Assembly (NCBI GenBank): GCA_040767085.1
Contig: JAXGPF010000006.1
Coordinates: forward strand, 307,947-371,946
Length of the DNA stretch: 64,000 nt
Source: Kiritimatiellia bacterium
GTDB lineage: Bacteria > Verrucomicrobiota > Kiritimatiellia > JAAZAB01
Reading direction: 5' to 3'
The position numbers and the translations under genes were made by a program. Positions 26,725 through 40,755 of the stretch are shown here, in pieces. Below the pieces are notes generated by a model. That model made no database searches, had not been told where the DNA came from, and saw only the letters and a list, made by a program, of their open reading frames with translations. Within the stretch, counting starts at the first letter, position 1, and each line of letters starts with the position of its first letter.

Positions 26725-28053
26725 ATGTGGTTTGTATATAATTGCGTTTTTACGCTGGTCTACCTCCTGATGCTCCCGTATTTCTTCCGCCGCATGTGGC
26801 GCCGGGGCGGCTACCGCCGCGGTTTCCTCCAGCGCCTCGGCCGCTACGATGCCGCCACCCTCGCGCAGCTTGACGCCCTTCCGCCGGCGCAGCGGATATG
26901 GGTGCATGCCGTCAGCGTGGGCGAAATCCGTGTGGCGCTGGATTTCATCGAGGCCTTGCGGCGCCGGCGCCCGGAGTTGCGCTTCATCCTCACCACCACA
27001 ACCTCCACCGGCCATGCGCTGGCGCGTAAATATTTGTCCCCGCGCGATGTGCTGCTGTATTACCCGGCCGACTTCCCGTCTGTAGTGCGCCGGACAGTCA
27101 ACCGGTTGCAGCCGCGGATGCTGGTGCTGGTGGACGGCGAATTCTGGCCTAACCTGCTGCGCGCGCTGCACGCCCGGCGCATTCCAACCGCCTTGATCAA
27201 CGGCCGGGTCTCCGCGCGTTCGTTCCGCGGCTACCGCCGGATTCGCCCCTGGGTGGCCCCGGTGCTGGCCGGCCTGGATTTCTGCGGCATGCAAAGCCGG
27301 GGAGACGCCGAACGGCTGACAGTCCTGGGCGCCAACCAGGATCGGGTGCATGTCCTGGGTTCAGCCAAGTACGACGTGGCACTGGCCGCGCGCCGCGCGC
27401 ATGACGGCGCCGCCGTCCGCCGGGCGCTACAGGCAGCCGGCCTGGGCATGGACCGGCGTTTTCTGGTGGGCGGGTCAACCTGGCCGGGCGAAGAAACGGT
27501 CCTGCTGGAAACATTTAAACGCCTGCGGGAAGAGGACCCGTTGGCCCAATTGATCCTGGTGCCGCGCCACATGGAGCGTGCCGGCCCCGTGCTGGAGGAT
27601 ATCCAGCGCGCCGGACTGCCGGCGGCGCGATGGAGCCTGGTGCGCCCGCGGCCGGGCGGGCCGGCAGCCGCTCCGTCCGCCGACCTCAACGGCAAGGTGT
27701 TGTTGGTGGACACTACCGGCGATCTGCCGGAATTTTACGCCCTGGCCGAAGTCATTTTCGTGGGCAAAAGCCTCTGTCAGCACGGCGGCCAAAATGTGGT
27801 CGAGCCCGCGGCCTTCGGCAAGGCGGTTGTGACGGGACCGCATATGGAAAACTTCTCCGGCGTGATGGAAGACTTGCTGGCTGCGAACGCCGTGATCCAG
27901 GTGCGGGACCGCCAGGCACTGGAAGACGCGCTGCTGCGGTTGTGGGGCAATCCGCAACTGCGCCGGGAATACGGCGACCGGGCCCGGCAACTGGTGGAAG
28001 CCAAGGCCGGCGCGGCGGATGCCAGCGCCGCGCAAGTATCTGAATTGCTTTGA
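26725..28053 (+). CDS. waaA: 3-deoxy-D-manno-octulosonic acid (Kdo) transferase
   Basis: WVHAVSVGE, E.WPN, NGRVS.RS, GST.PGEE, VPRH.ER, GGQN.VEPA, GPHMENF. Confidence 0.95.
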   Translation: MWFVYNCVFTLVYLLMLPYFFRRMWRRGGYRRGFLQRLGRYDAATLAQLDALPPAQRIWVHAVSVGEIRVALDFIEALRRRRPELRFILTTTTSTGHALARKYLSPRDVLLYYPADFPSVVRRTVNRLQPRMLVLVDGEFWPNLLRALHARRIPTALINGRVSARSFRGYRRIRPWVAPVLAGLDFCGMQSRGDAERLTVLGANQDRVHVLGSAKYDVALAARRAHDGAAVRRALQAAGLGMDRRFLVGGSTWPGEETVLLETFKRLREEDPLAQLILVPRHMERAGPVLEDIQRAGLPAARWSLVRPRPGGPAAAPSADLNGKVLLVDTTGDLPEFYALAEVIFVGKSLCQHGGQNVVEPAAFGKAVVTGPHMENFSGVMEDLLAANAVIQVRDRQALEDALLRLWGNPQLRREYGDRARQLVEAKAGAADASAAQVSELL

Positions 28054-28075
28054 TTGATTTTACGGGGAATAAAAC

Positions 28076-29350
28076 ATGAAAATCCTGATTATCGGCGGCG
28101 GCGGCCGTGAACATGCCCTGGCCTGGAAACTCGCCCGCGACAGCGCGCGGCCGGAAATCTTTTGCGCGCCGGGCAATGCCGGCACGGCCGCGCTGGGTGA
28201 AAATCTCCCCATCCGGGCCGACGATCTGCCGGCGTTGTCCGCCTGGGCGCGCGGCGCGCGGCCGGCCCTGACGGTGATCGGCCCGGAAGCCCCGCTCTGC
28301 GCCGGCCTGGCGGATTTGTTGCATGCCGCCGGTTTGCGGGTGTTCGGGCCCGTCCAAAGCGCCGCCCGGCTGGAAGGCAGCAAACTATTTGCCAAGGAAG
28401 TCCTCGCCGCCGCCGGTGTACCCACGGCCGCGGCCCGGCCTTTTGACAGCGCGGCCGAAGCCAGGGCGTATCTCCGCGATGCGCGGCTGCCGCTGGTGGT
28501 CAAGGCCGATGGCCTGGCGGCAGGCAAAGGCGTGTTGATCTGCCAAACCGCCGCCGAAGCCGACGCCGCCGTGGATGCCGCCATGGTGCGCAACGAATTC
28601 GGCGCGGCGGGGCGCCGGGTACTGATCGAGGAATGCCTGGCCGGCAATGAAATCTCCGTCCTCGCGCTGGTGGACGGGCGGCGCGCCCTCCTGCTGCCCC
28701 CCGCCCAGGACCACAAGCGCATCGGCGACGGCGACCGCGGCAAGAATACCGGCGGTATGGGCGCCTACTCACCCGCGCCGTGGGATACCCCGGACTTCCG
28801 CGCCATGGTGCTGGACACCATCTTCAACCCCACCCTGCGTGAATTGAGCCGGCGCGGTATCGAGTACCGGGGCGTGCTGTATGCCGGACTGATGCTGACC
28901 CACGCCGGACCGCAGGTCCTGGAATTCAACTGCCGGTTCGGCGACCCGGAAACGCAGGCAATCCTGCCGCGCCTGCAGTCGGACCTGCTCCCCGCCCTCG
29001 CAGCCTGCAGCGCTGGCAGCTTGGACGACAGCCTGCTCGAGGTCAACCCGGCCGCCTGCGCCTGCGTGGTGCTCGCTGCCGGCGGCTACCCCGACCAATA
29101 CCGTAAAGGCGACCTCATCACCGGCCTGGAAGCGGCGGCGGCGTTGCCTGACACTGTGATTTTTCACGCCGGCGTCAAACTCGACGCCGGCCGTCCGGTC
29201 ACCGATGGCGGCCGGGTGCTCAGCGTCTCCGCTCTGGGCGCCGACCTGCCGGCGGCCGTGACGCATGCTTACCGGGCGGCGCAATTGATCAAATTCAACG
29301 GCGTCCATATGCGGAAGGATATTGGGGCGCGGGCGCTGAACGCGGGGTAG
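28076..29350 (+). CDS. purD: Phosphoribosylamine--glycine ligase
   Basis: GGGGREHALAW, APGNAG, KADGLAAGKGV, QDHKR, NTGGMGAYSP, EFNCRFGDPE. Confidence 0.98.
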   Translation: MKILIIGGGGREHALAWKLARDSARPEIFCAPGNAGTAALGENLPIRADDLPALSAWARGARPALTVIGPEAPLCAGLADLLHAAGLRVFGPVQSAARLEGSKLFAKEVLAAAGVPTAAARPFDSAAEARAYLRDARLPLVVKADGLAAGKGVLICQTAAEADAAVDAAMVRNEFGAAGRRVLIEECLAGNEISVLALVDGRRALLLPPAQDHKRIGDGDRGKNTGGMGAYSPAPWDTPDFRAMVLDTIFNPTLRELSRRGIEYRGVLYAGLMLTHAGPQVLEFNCRFGDPETQAILPRLQSDLLPALAACSAGSLDDSLLEVNPAACACVVLAAGGYPDQYRKGDLITGLEAAAALPDTVIFHAGVKLDAGRPVTDGGRVLSVSALGADLPAAVTHAYRAAQLIKFNGVHMRKDIGARALNAG

Positions 29351-29399
29351 CCGGCGGCATGGGCTGCGCTCTGCGAAGTTTTGTGATAAGGGAGGAAAT

Positions 29400-29921
29400 A
29401 TGAAATCCAGGCATAAACCAGCCGTTGCAGTGGTCATGGGCAGCGATTCGGATTGGCCGGCCATGCAGCCGGCCGTCAAGACACTGGCGGAATTCGGCAT
29501 CACGTGCGAGGCGCATGTGATGTCCGCCCACCGCACGCCCCGCCGGGCCGCGGAATTCGCGGAAAGCGCCGCGCGCCGCGGCTTGCAGGTCATCATCGCC
29601 GCCGCCGGCGGCGCCGCCCACCTGGCCGGCGTGCTGGCCGCGCATACCACCCTGCCGGTGGTCGGCGTGCCGTTGAAAGGCGGCGCCCTGGACGGTTTGG
29701 ACTCCCTGCTGGCCACCGTGCAGATGCCGGCCGGCGTGCCCGTGGCCACTGTCGCCCTGGGTTCGGCCGGCCCGGTGAATGCCGCCATCCTGGCCGCGCA
29801 GATCCTGGGTTTGTCGCGCCCGGGCGTGGCGGCGGCGTTGCGGCGCCACAAACAAAAACTGGCTGCCAAAGTGGACCTTGCCGACCGGCGTATCCAAAGC
29901 GGAGCGGAGGTGCAGGCATGA
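29400..29921 (+). CDS. purE: N5-carboxyaminoimidazole ribonucleotide mutase
   Basis: MGSDSD, SAHRTP, AGGAAHL.G, VQMPAGVPVATV. Confidence 0.97.
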   Translation: MKSRHKPAVAVVMGSDSDWPAMQPAVKTLAEFGITCEAHVMSAHRTPRRAAEFAESAARRGLQVIIAAAGGAAHLAGVLAAHTTLPVVGVPLKGGALDGLDSLLATVQMPAGVPVATVALGSAGPVNAAILAAQILGLSRPGVAAALRRHKQKLAAKVDLADRRIQSGAEVQA

Positions 29922-31216
29922 GCTGGCTCCCACGAATCATGTTGATCGGCCTGCTGGCGGCCGGCCTGGCGGCGGAGCCGGACGCGGGCGCGGCGGCGGC
30001 ACCCGGCGATCCCGACAAAATCGCCGCGGATTTTTCCAGCCTGATCAATCTGCTGGCCGGGCAGGGCGCGCTTCGGGATGACGGCGAACTGGCCGGACGC
30101 TTGCGCCTGGCGGTCTGCCGGGCGATCGATCCCGGGTCTGAAATCCTGGATCAGGCTGCAGCGGACCGCCGCCGGGAGGAAGAGTCCGGCATCTTCTTCG
30201 GCATCGGCGTGCAAATGGAAATCCGCGATCGGCGGCCGCGGGTACTGCAGGCGCTGCCCGATGGTCCGGCCGCCGCCGCCGGCCTGCCGGCCGGCGCGTT
30301 GATTGAAAAAATTGACGGGGCCGACACACTGGACCTGCCGCTGGCCGATGTCGTCGCTCTTCTACGCGGGCAACGGGATCAGCCCGTGACGTTGGAATAC
30401 CGTCCGCCGGCCGACGCCAGAGACCCGGACCCGGCCGACGTCAATTCGGCGCCAGCCGCACCGCCGGAAAGCCGCACCATCCAGTTAACGCGGTCGCTCA
30501 TACATATGCCGATGACGGGCATGACGGAGGAATGGCCGCTGCAACTGGCCTACATGAAGATCAACGGCATTTACGACGGCTCCGGCGCATATGCCGTCCG
30601 GCAATTGCAGGATTGGGCCACCCAGGAGGTCGCCGGCGTCATTCTCGACCTGCGCGGGGCCGACGGCGCCGACCTGCCTTCCGTCGCGGAGATCGGCTCC
30701 CTGTTCGCGCAGGAAGGCCAGCCGCTTTTCCGCGTGCAGGCCGGCGGCGGCCGGGAAGCCGCGGCGTATTCCGCCAGTCAGCCGAAGCCCCTGCCCATAC
30801 CGGTGATGGCGCTGATAGACGCCGATACACGCGGCGCGGCGGCCTGGCTGGCAGCCGTGTTGCGGAATTGCCGGGGCGCGATGCTGATCGGCGCGGCCTG
30901 CCCGCATGACCTGGCCGTGCGGACGCCAGTTCCGCTCCCGGATGGCCGCGTCCTGTTTATCGCCACGCAACGAATCGAACTGCTCCCGCCGGCGGACACA
31001 CCCGCCATGCTCGCGCCGGATGTGCAAATCCCGGCCGGCGCCAGCCTGCCAGCGCCGCCGGAGACCGAGAAATCCGATAACGACATCTTCGTTAAAATCA
31101 CCGACCAGGAACGCCAGGAGCGCGCCCTCTCGGAGCGCATCGGCCGGGACGCCGTCCTGCGCCGCGCAGCGGATATCCTGCTGGGCCTGAAAGCCCTGGG
31201 CATCAAGACGGAGTGA
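29918..31216 (+). CDS. PDZ/S41 (CtpA-like) peptidase homologue lacking catalytic residues
   Basis: ATGA overlap with purE; signal peptide; PDZ 'FGIGV...GPAAAAGL..G..I..IDG'; ILDLRG; catalytic region reads DTRGAAA instead of SASASE. Confidence 0.75.
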   Translation: MSWLPRIMLIGLLAAGLAAEPDAGAAAAPGDPDKIAADFSSLINLLAGQGALRDDGELAGRLRLAVCRAIDPGSEILDQAAADRRREEESGIFFGIGVQMEIRDRRPRVLQALPDGPAAAAGLPAGALIEKIDGADTLDLPLADVVALLRGQRDQPVTLEYRPPADARDPDPADVNSAPAAPPESRTIQLTRSLIHMPMTGMTEEWPLQLAYMKINGIYDGSGAYAVRQLQDWATQEVAGVILDLRGADGADLPSVAEIGSLFAQEGQPLFRVQAGGGREAAAYSASQPKPLPIPVMALIDADTRGAAAWLAAVLRNCRGAMLIGAACPHDLAVRTPVPLPDGRVLFIATQRIELLPPADTPAMLAPDVQIPAGASLPAPPETEKSDNDIFVKITDQERQERALSERIGRDAVLRRAADILLGLKALGIKTE

Positions 31217-31226
31217 TTGGCCGGCG

Positions 31227-31314
31227 GTAGCGGCGCAACTGCTTGTCCTGCGTAGTCTGACAAAGCAGGACGTTGCGCTCCCCATCCGGATGTCCGGCAA
31301 AGCCGGACCGCTAC
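31227..31314. repeat. GTAG-type REP-like palindromic element with nested hairpin
   Basis: GTAGCGG...CCGCTAC ends; an inner gcgcaac/gttgcgc stem encloses gtcctgc...gcaggac; lies between convergent genes. Confidence 0.6.
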
Positions 31315-31357
31315 AGGCGCGCCGGATCGGATCCCGATTCCCATCCTCCGGCAACCT

Positions 31358-33622
31358 TCAACCCAATTCTCCGCCCCGCCGCCGCAGCCGCAGCGAATTG
31401 AGCACCACGGTGATGGAACTGCCGGCCATGGCGATTTCCGCCAGCACGGGATGCATCATTCCCAACATCGCCAGCGGCAGCATGACCAGGTTGTAAATAA
31501 ACGCCCAGAATAAATTCTGGCGGATGGTGGCGAAAGTCGCGCGGCTCAGTACCACGGCCTGCACCACGGCCTCCAGACCGCCCCGGACCAGCACAATGCC
31601 GCCGGCTTCGACCGCCACATCCGTGCCGGCGCCAACCGCCAATCCGACCTCGGCCTGGGCCAGGGCGGGCGCATCGTTGATGCCATCGCCCACCATCGCC
31701 ACAATTTCGCCTTGCGCCTGCATCTGCCTCACGGCCGCAGCCTTATCCACCGGCAACAATCTGGCGATGACCCGGTCAATCCCCACCGCCCGGGCCACCG
31801 CCTGCGCGGTGCGTTCGTTATCGCCGGTCAACATGACCGGCGTCAGGCCCAGGGCGCGCAAGGCTGCCACAGCTTCACGTCCGCCCGGCTTGATCGGATC
31901 GGACACAGCCAGCACGCCGGCCGCCCGGCCGTCCACCGCCGCCACGACCGCGGTTTTCGCCTGGCTTTCCAATTCCGCCAGGGCTCCCTCCAGGCCAACC
32001 GGCATGGTTACGCCCAATTCTTCCATCCACATGCGGCTGCCGACGGCCACCCGGCGGCCCGCCACCTGCGCGCGGACGCCGCGTCCCGGCAGGGCCTGAA
32101 AATCCGATGCCGGCGCCGGAGTTATCCCGCGCTCCCGCGCCGCGGCGGCAATGGCCGCGCCAAGCGGATGTTCGGAGTTGACCTCCACGCCGGCCGCCAG
32201 CCGCAGCAATTCCGGCCCGTCCCATCCGGCGCCGGGCTGGAGATCGGTGAGGGCCGGCTTGCCGGCCGTAATCGTGCCGGTTTTGTCTATCGCTATCACA
32301 GTCGCATTCCGCATGAGCTGGATGGCGGCGCCCTGGCGGATCAGGATGCCCCGCTCGGCGCCGAGGCCGGAGCCGACCATCAGCGCCGTGGGCGTCGCCA
32401 GACCCAGCGCGCAGGGACAGGCCGCCACCAGCACCGCGATTGCCGCGTAAAGCGCCAGCGCGGCCGGACCCAACTGCGGATTGACCCACGGCAAAAATCG
32501 CGCCGTCCGGGCGGCCAGGCCCGCAAAGCTGTCCGGCCACAGCAGCCAGGCCGCCAATGTCAGCCCGGCCAGCACCATCACCGCCGGCACGAAAATCGCC
32601 GTCACCCGGTCGGCCAGCGCCTGCACCGGCACCTTGGACATCTGGGCTTCCTCCACCAGCCGGATAACCTGGCTTAAGAAGGTCTCCGCTCCCACCTTTT
32701 CGGCGCGGACGCGCAGGACGCCATGCTGGTTGATGGTGCCGCCGATCACCGGGTCACCCGGCGCCTTGCGCACCGGCATGGGTTCGCCGGTGGCCAGCGA
32801 TTCATCCACGCTGCTCAGTCCGTCCGCCACCGCGCCATCCGCCGGGATTTTCTCGCCCGGCCGGATGATCATGATATCGCCCTTCCGCAGTTCGGCGATG
32901 GGTATGCGCTGCTCTGCGCCTCCCCGCTCCACGCAGGCTTCTCTCGCCGCCTGCTCCGCCAGCCGGCGGATGGCCTGGGAAGCGCGGCCGCGCGCCCGCG
33001 CCTCCAGGTACCGGCCGGTAAGATGAAAAGCCATGATCATGCCGGCCGCGCCGGCAAATCCATGCAACGCCGGGCCGCGTCCATAATGGTACGGCAGCGC
33101 CAGCCAGCCCGAACTCCAGGCTGCCAGTGTTCCCAGCGCGATCAGGGCATCCATATTCGGCGCGCCGCGCCGGATGGTGCGCCAGGCGCCGCGCAAGGTT
33201 TCCCATCCCGGAACGAAAACCGCCAGCCCCGCCAGCGCCAGCATGCCCCAGGCATGCGGCAAATGACCCAGCAGCGGCCGGGCCAGCAGCATGTCCGCCA
33301 GCATCCAAAACATCAAGGGCAGCGTGAACAGCCAGGCCAGCCGCATGCGGCAGCGGGCAGCGTCCAGCCGGCGGCGGTCGTCCGCCGCCGCATCGGCCGG
33401 GGCCGCCGCCGGAGCGGCGGCGTATCCCAGGCGCGCCACGGCCGCCGCCAGCACTGGCAGGCCGGCCTGGCCGGCGGCGTGCTCCACCCGCGCGGAGCCC
33501 AGCGTCAAATTAACCGCGGCGGACCGCACGCCGGGCACTTGCATCAGGGCTTTTTTAACAGCCGCGGCGCACCCGGCGCAGTGCATCCCGCCAATCCGCA
33601 AGTTTGTAATCTGTGTCCGCAT
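31358..33622 (-). CDS. copA: Copper-translocating P1B-type ATPase
   Basis: GMHCAGC metal-binding domain, [34 protein letters not shown] and MAGSS motifs. Confidence 0.93.
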   Translation of the reverse strand: MRTQITNLRIGGMHCAGCAAAVKKALMQVPGVRSAAVNLTLGSARVEHAAGQAGLPVLAAAVARLGYAAAPAAAPADAAADDRRRLDAARCRMRLAWLFTLPLMFWMLADMLLARPLLGHLPHAWGMLALAGLAVFVPGWETLRGAWRTIRRGAPNMDALIALGTLAAWSSGWLALPYHYGRGPALHGFAGAAGMIMAFHLTGRYLEARARGRASQAIRRLAEQAAREACVERGGAEQRIPIAELRKGDIMIIRPGEKIPADGAVADGLSSVDESLATGEPMPVRKAPGDPVIGGTINQHGVLRVRAEKVGAETFLSQVIRLVEEAQMSKVPVQALADRVTAIFVPAVMVLAGLTLAAWLLWPDSFAGLAARTARFLPWVNPQLGPAALALYAAIAVLVAACPCALGLATPTALMVGSGLGAERGILIRQGAAIQLMRNATVIAIDKTGTITAGKPALTDLQPGAGWDGPELLRLAAGVEVNSEHPLGAAIAAAARERGITPAPASDFQALPGRGVRAQVAGRRVAVGSRMWMEELGVTMPVGLEGALAELESQAKTAVVAAVDGRAAGVLAVSDPIKPGGREAVAALRALGLTPVMLTGDNERTAQAVARAVGIDRVIARLLPVDKAAAVRQMQAQGEIVAMVGDGINDAPALAQAEVGLAVGAGTDVAVEAGGIVLVRGGLEAVVQAVVLSRATFATIRQNLFWAFIYNLVMLPLAMLGMMHPVLAEIAMAGSSITVVLNSLRLRRRGGELG

Positions 33623-33783
33623 GGCGGCATCATAAACCGCGTCTACGGCGACAGTCAATCCGGAAAGACAGCCGGTGACAGCTCCGGTCCGGCCAGCCGG
33701 CGAATCGGGCTTGGTCTTGAATATCCTGCTGGATATGCTATGTTGCCGGCATTTTCACCATGCGGATCAATCATGGAGCACAT

Positions 33784-34797
33784 ATGATCAAGGCGGCGTT
33801 TATCGGCGTGGGCGGTATTTCGGCAGCGCATTTGCGCTGCCTGCAGGGGCGGAAAGATGTAAAAATCGCCGGCCTGGCCGACCCGAACCGCGCCAATGCG
33901 GAAAAGCGGCAGGCGGAATTCGGCGGCGATATTTTCACCGATTACCAGACCATGCTCGAGCGGATTAAGCCCGATGCCGTGTGGTTGTGCACGCCCTCCA
34001 CCGTGCGCCGGGAACCGCTGCTGGAATGCGCGCGGCGGCGCATTCCGGTGTTTTGCGAAAAGCCGGTGGAACGCCGGGTGCCCGTCGGAGCGGCCATCGC
34101 CGCTGAACTGGCGCGGCTGAAGGCGCGCGTCCAGGTGGGGTACGTATTCCGCTGCATCCCGCTGGTGGATGAACTGCGCCGGCGGATGCGCGGCGACCGC
34201 ATTCACCTGGTCCAGTCATTCTACTGCTGCGGCATCAGCCTGGCCATGAGCATGCCGAAGTGGTTTTACAACAAGCGGCTTTCCGGGGGCGCGCTGGCGG
34301 ACCAGGCGACGCACAATTTCGATCTGCTGCGCCACCTTTTCGGCGAAGTCCGGCAAGTCCGGGGCATGCGGCACAATCCCGTCCATCCGCGGCGCGGGGA
34401 TTATACCGTCGAGGAAACCCTGGGCGCGTTGCTGATGTTTGACAACGGCCTGATCGCCGCGCATGTGCATACCTGGGTCGGCGACAGCTGGCGCAATGAA
34501 ATCGTGCTGAGCGGCGAAAAACGGGTCTACCGCCTGCAACCGTCCCGGGGAACGCTGGTGGTCGAGGACCAGCAGACCCGGTCGGCCAACGACCCCCCCG
34601 TGGCAGGCAAATCCGGCGCCGCCAAACCCGCGCCTTTCCGCTACGATCAACCGGCGGGCTCAATTTACGGCTACGAGAATCAAATATTTCTCAAGCAGGT
34701 GCAATCGGGCGACTGGAACCGCAATCCCTGCTCTTACGCCGACGGCTTGAAGACGCTGGAATTGACCGCCGCCTGCGACCGGGCCATTTCCCGGTAA
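33784..34797 (+). CDS. Gfo/Idh/MocA family oxidoreductase
   Basis: IGVGGIS..H, CEKP, SGGAL.DQATH..D. Confidence 0.9.
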   Translation: MIKAAFIGVGGISAAHLRCLQGRKDVKIAGLADPNRANAEKRQAEFGGDIFTDYQTMLERIKPDAVWLCTPSTVRREPLLECARRRIPVFCEKPVERRVPVGAAIAAELARLKARVQVGYVFRCIPLVDELRRRMRGDRIHLVQSFYCCGISLAMSMPKWFYNKRLSGGALADQATHNFDLLRHLFGEVRQVRGMRHNPVHPRRGDYTVEETLGALLMFDNGLIAAHVHTWVGDSWRNEIVLSGEKRVYRLQPSRGTLVVEDQQTRSANDPPVAGKSGAAKPAPFRYDQPAGSIYGYENQIFLKQVQSGDWNRNPCSYADGLKTLELTAACDRAISR

Positions 34798-34821
34798 CAT
34801 TCCCGCCGCGGTCGGCGGAGG

Positions 34822-36900
<2,079 letters not shown>

Positions 36901-36929
36901 ATCGTCCGCCTCTTGTTTCCCTTTCCCGG

Positions 36930-36960
36930 AAAAACGGGGTAATATGCACGGATTACCCCG
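36930..36960 (-). promoter_or_regulatory. Perfect 9-bp palindrome in the fusA upstream region (operator or terminator-like hairpin)
   Basis: cggggtaat-N8-attaccccg (36935-36960), followed by TTTTT on the minus strand. Confidence 0.45.
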
Positions 36961-37001
36961 CGACTGCAAGCAAAATCCCGCAAATTCCCGCATAAAATTG
37001 A

Positions 37002-38381
<1,380 letters not shown>

Positions 38382-38455
38382 GCCGTCATCTCTGGTTGGC
38401 GCCGGGACCTTTGCCGAACGGGCCAAGCAGCTTTTCACGGCCGGATTAAGCGCCC

Positions 38456-38773
38456 ATGAATGTCTGGCTGACAGTCTATCGCACGGCAACGGCTGTGTTT
38501 CTGGGCTTGGTTGTCATCGGGCTGGTCAGCCTGTTTCTGCCGAAAATCCGCGAAATCCGCGCCCTCCAGGGCGTGGTCACGCGCATGACGGAGGAGAAGC
38601 TCGCGGTCGAGGAAAGCAAGCAGATGTACATCTGGCAGCGGGAGCGTTTCGCTACCGACCCGAGTTTTGTCGAGCGGATAGCGCGCGAGGAATTGGGCAA
38701 GGCCAAGCCGGGCGAAATTATCTTCCGCTTTTCCGAAACCAATGCCAGGGAGTCAAGCGCGCCGACCCCATGA
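38456..38773 (+). CDS. ftsB: Septum formation initiator FtsB/DivIC family protein
   Basis: N-terminal TM, coiled coil, 'VERIAREELG.AKPGEIIF'; sits immediately after eno as in many bacteria. Confidence 0.8.
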   Translation: MNVWLTVYRTATAVFLGLVVIGLVSLFLPKIREIRALQGVVTRMTEEKLAVEESKQMYIWQRERFATDPSFVERIAREELGKAKPGEIIFRFSETNARESSAPTP

Positions 38774-38913
38774 AGACCGGCATGAAAGCGCCTGAGCGCA
38801 TCGTCACCGGACCGGTCGAACAACTGCCGATTTCCCGAGGTATGCTTTGTCCGCGACTGCCGGCAGGGCGGGCAGGCCCGGACCGCGCCGTCTGACCGCC
38901 GCCGGCAGGCCCG

Positions 38914-40755
38914 TCAGATCCGGCTCAGCGCCGTCAGGTGCGCCTTGTGGTAATGCTCGGCTAATTGCTTCCAATCGAACTGCTCGGCCAGTTCCTGGGC
39001 GTGAAATCGCATGGTAATGCGTTCGCGCAGGTCCATCCCGGCGAAGACCTGCATGATTTCCGTCAACTCTTCGGCGGACTGGCTGTAGTCCACATTGCGG
39101 CGGTGCACGACGTACAGCCCTTTTTTAACGCAATCGGGTGTCTGGCTGAGGATGTAGCTCCCGAATCCCGAGAGATCGGAAGCCACGGCCGGGATGCCGC
39201 GCGCCAGGCATTCCAGGGGCGTATAGCCCCACGGCTCGTAATAACTGGGAAACAGACCCAGGTGGCAGCCGCGCACGAACTGGTCGTAATCCAGGCCGAA
39301 CAGCGGGTTGCTGGCGGTGACAAAATCCGGGTGGTACACCACTTTCACCGGGTCCTCCGCCCGGTTGATCAGATTGGTGGCGCGCAGCTGGTTCAACACC
39401 TCGTCGTGCTCGTTGTCCAGCATATCATGCGTCACCACGTACGGCAGGCGGGCGGTGCGCCAGGACTGCATGTTGCGCCGCAGCCGCAGCCGCCAGTACT
39501 CATCCACCAGGTTGTTCAAGTCGGGCATCTGGCCGGCGGCGACGGATTTAAACAGGCGTTCGCCCAGCTGGTCCTTCAGCGCCATGCAGGTGTTGTGCAA
39601 TTCCTCCAGCATGACCTTGCTGTTGAGGACTTCAGCGTTCAGCGTGCGGTAAGGCCGGCGCGTAATGATAAAGAGCACAACCGTAAGGCCCTGGTTGGTC
39701 ATTTTCAGCCGGTGATTCAGGCGCGCCAGGGCCTCGATTGTCAGGTCGAACCCCTTGTTGCGGTATTCGTAACGCCCGGAGGTAAAGCAATAAAGCGTAC
39801 GGTTGAGGTTGAAATGGTAGCTCGGGAAGAAATGCCCCATAACAAACTTGTGGATTTTTTCCTTGTAAACTTTGTGCAGATTTTCCGATTCATGCCGGGC
39901 GATAAACCGCTCGATGTTCAAGCCGTTGGGCAGCACGGCGTCCACCTGCCGCCCCAACATATGCTCGCATTCCTGGGCGGTGACGGAGCTGACCGTGGTG
40001 AAAACATGGGCGCCATGCGCCGCGGCGCGCTCCAGCAACACCCGCGATTCGATATTGAACCGCCGGGCGTCCGCCTGCCAGTTGATGTGGGGCAAATGAT
40101 CGTAAAACCATTTGTCGCCCGTCGCCAGGTAGCGGCCCAGCAGCGTGGCATGCGTGGTGAACACCGTCGCCGCCGGCAGCTTCAGCCGGCGGATTTCCGG
40201 GATGGCGGCGGCGCCCATCCACTCGTGGAAATGCGCCACCACCGGCGGCAAGGGCGGGCGCTGCTCGGCTAACAGGCGCAGAAATTCGCACACCAGGAAG
40301 CCAAACGCCAGCACGCCTTCAACCTCGCTGTCTTGCGCAGGCGAGCTGATCTTGTGGTGTTCCCACATGTAATACTTGATTTCCGCGATGCGGCCGCGCA
40401 AGCAGGCCGTATCCAGCAGAATCACCTGCGGCCGGCCGGTCACCAGCCAGCGGCCGTAATACGCGGTGAAGCCCAGCGCCTGGAAGGCCTTGACGGCCGG
40501 GCCCAGAGGCGCGGCGGGATACGCGGCTTCGAATTCCACCGCGGCGGTGGCGGGATTGTAGGGGCCGATCAGGCAATATTGGTTCCCCCAGCGCTCGACC
40601 ATGGTCGGCGCCTTGGAACGGATCACGGTGTAAATGCCGCCCAGTTGCTGGCAAACCTCCCAGGCGATCTCCAGGAGCAGGGCGTGCGGACGCCGCGCCG
40701 CGGCGCCCGCTGTTTTAACCGGACCCGAGCTTGTTTCCTTTTTTGCAGCGGACAT
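38914..40755 (-). CDS. Glycogen synthase, GT3 family
   Basis: EIAWEVCQQLGGIYTVIRSKA, HFHEW, FTTHATLLGR, GRYEYRNKG, FPSYYEPWGYTPLE. Confidence 0.93.
   Translation of the reverse strand: MSAAKKETSSGPVKTAGAAARRPHALLLEIAWEVCQQLGGIYTVIRSKAPTMVERWGNQYCLIGPYNPATAAVEFEAAYPAAPLGPAVKAFQALGFTAYYGRWLVTGRPQVILLDTACLRGRIAEIKYYMWEHHKISSPAQDSEVEGVLAFGFLVCEFLRLLAEQRPPLPPVVAHFHEWMGAAAIPEIRRLKLPAATVFTTHATLLGRYLATGDKWFYDHLPHINWQADARRFNIESRVLLERAAAHGAHVFTTVSSVTAQECEHMLGRQVDAVLPNGLNIERFIARHESENLHKVYKEKIHKFVMGHFFPSYHFNLNRTLYCFTSGRYEYRNKGFDLTIEALARLNHRLKMTNQGLTVVLFIITRRPYRTLNAEVLNSKVMLEELHNTCMALKDQLGERLFKSVAAGQMPDLNNLVDEYWRLRLRRNMQSWRTARLPYVVTHDMLDNEHDEVLNQLRATNLINRAEDPVKVVYHPDFVTASNPLFGLDYDQFVRGCHLGLFPSYYEPWGYTPLECLARGIPAVASDLSGFGSYILSQTPDCVKKGLYVVHRRNVDYSQSAEELTEIMQVFAGMDLRERITMRFHAQELAEQFDWKQLAEHYHKAHLTALSRI

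Noticed and set aside
29453-29917. N-terminal extension of the 587-aa ORF, suggesting a purE overlap or fusion
   Set aside because: Arg-rich out-of-frame read of purE. The real start is ATG 29918, with an RBS and signal peptide.
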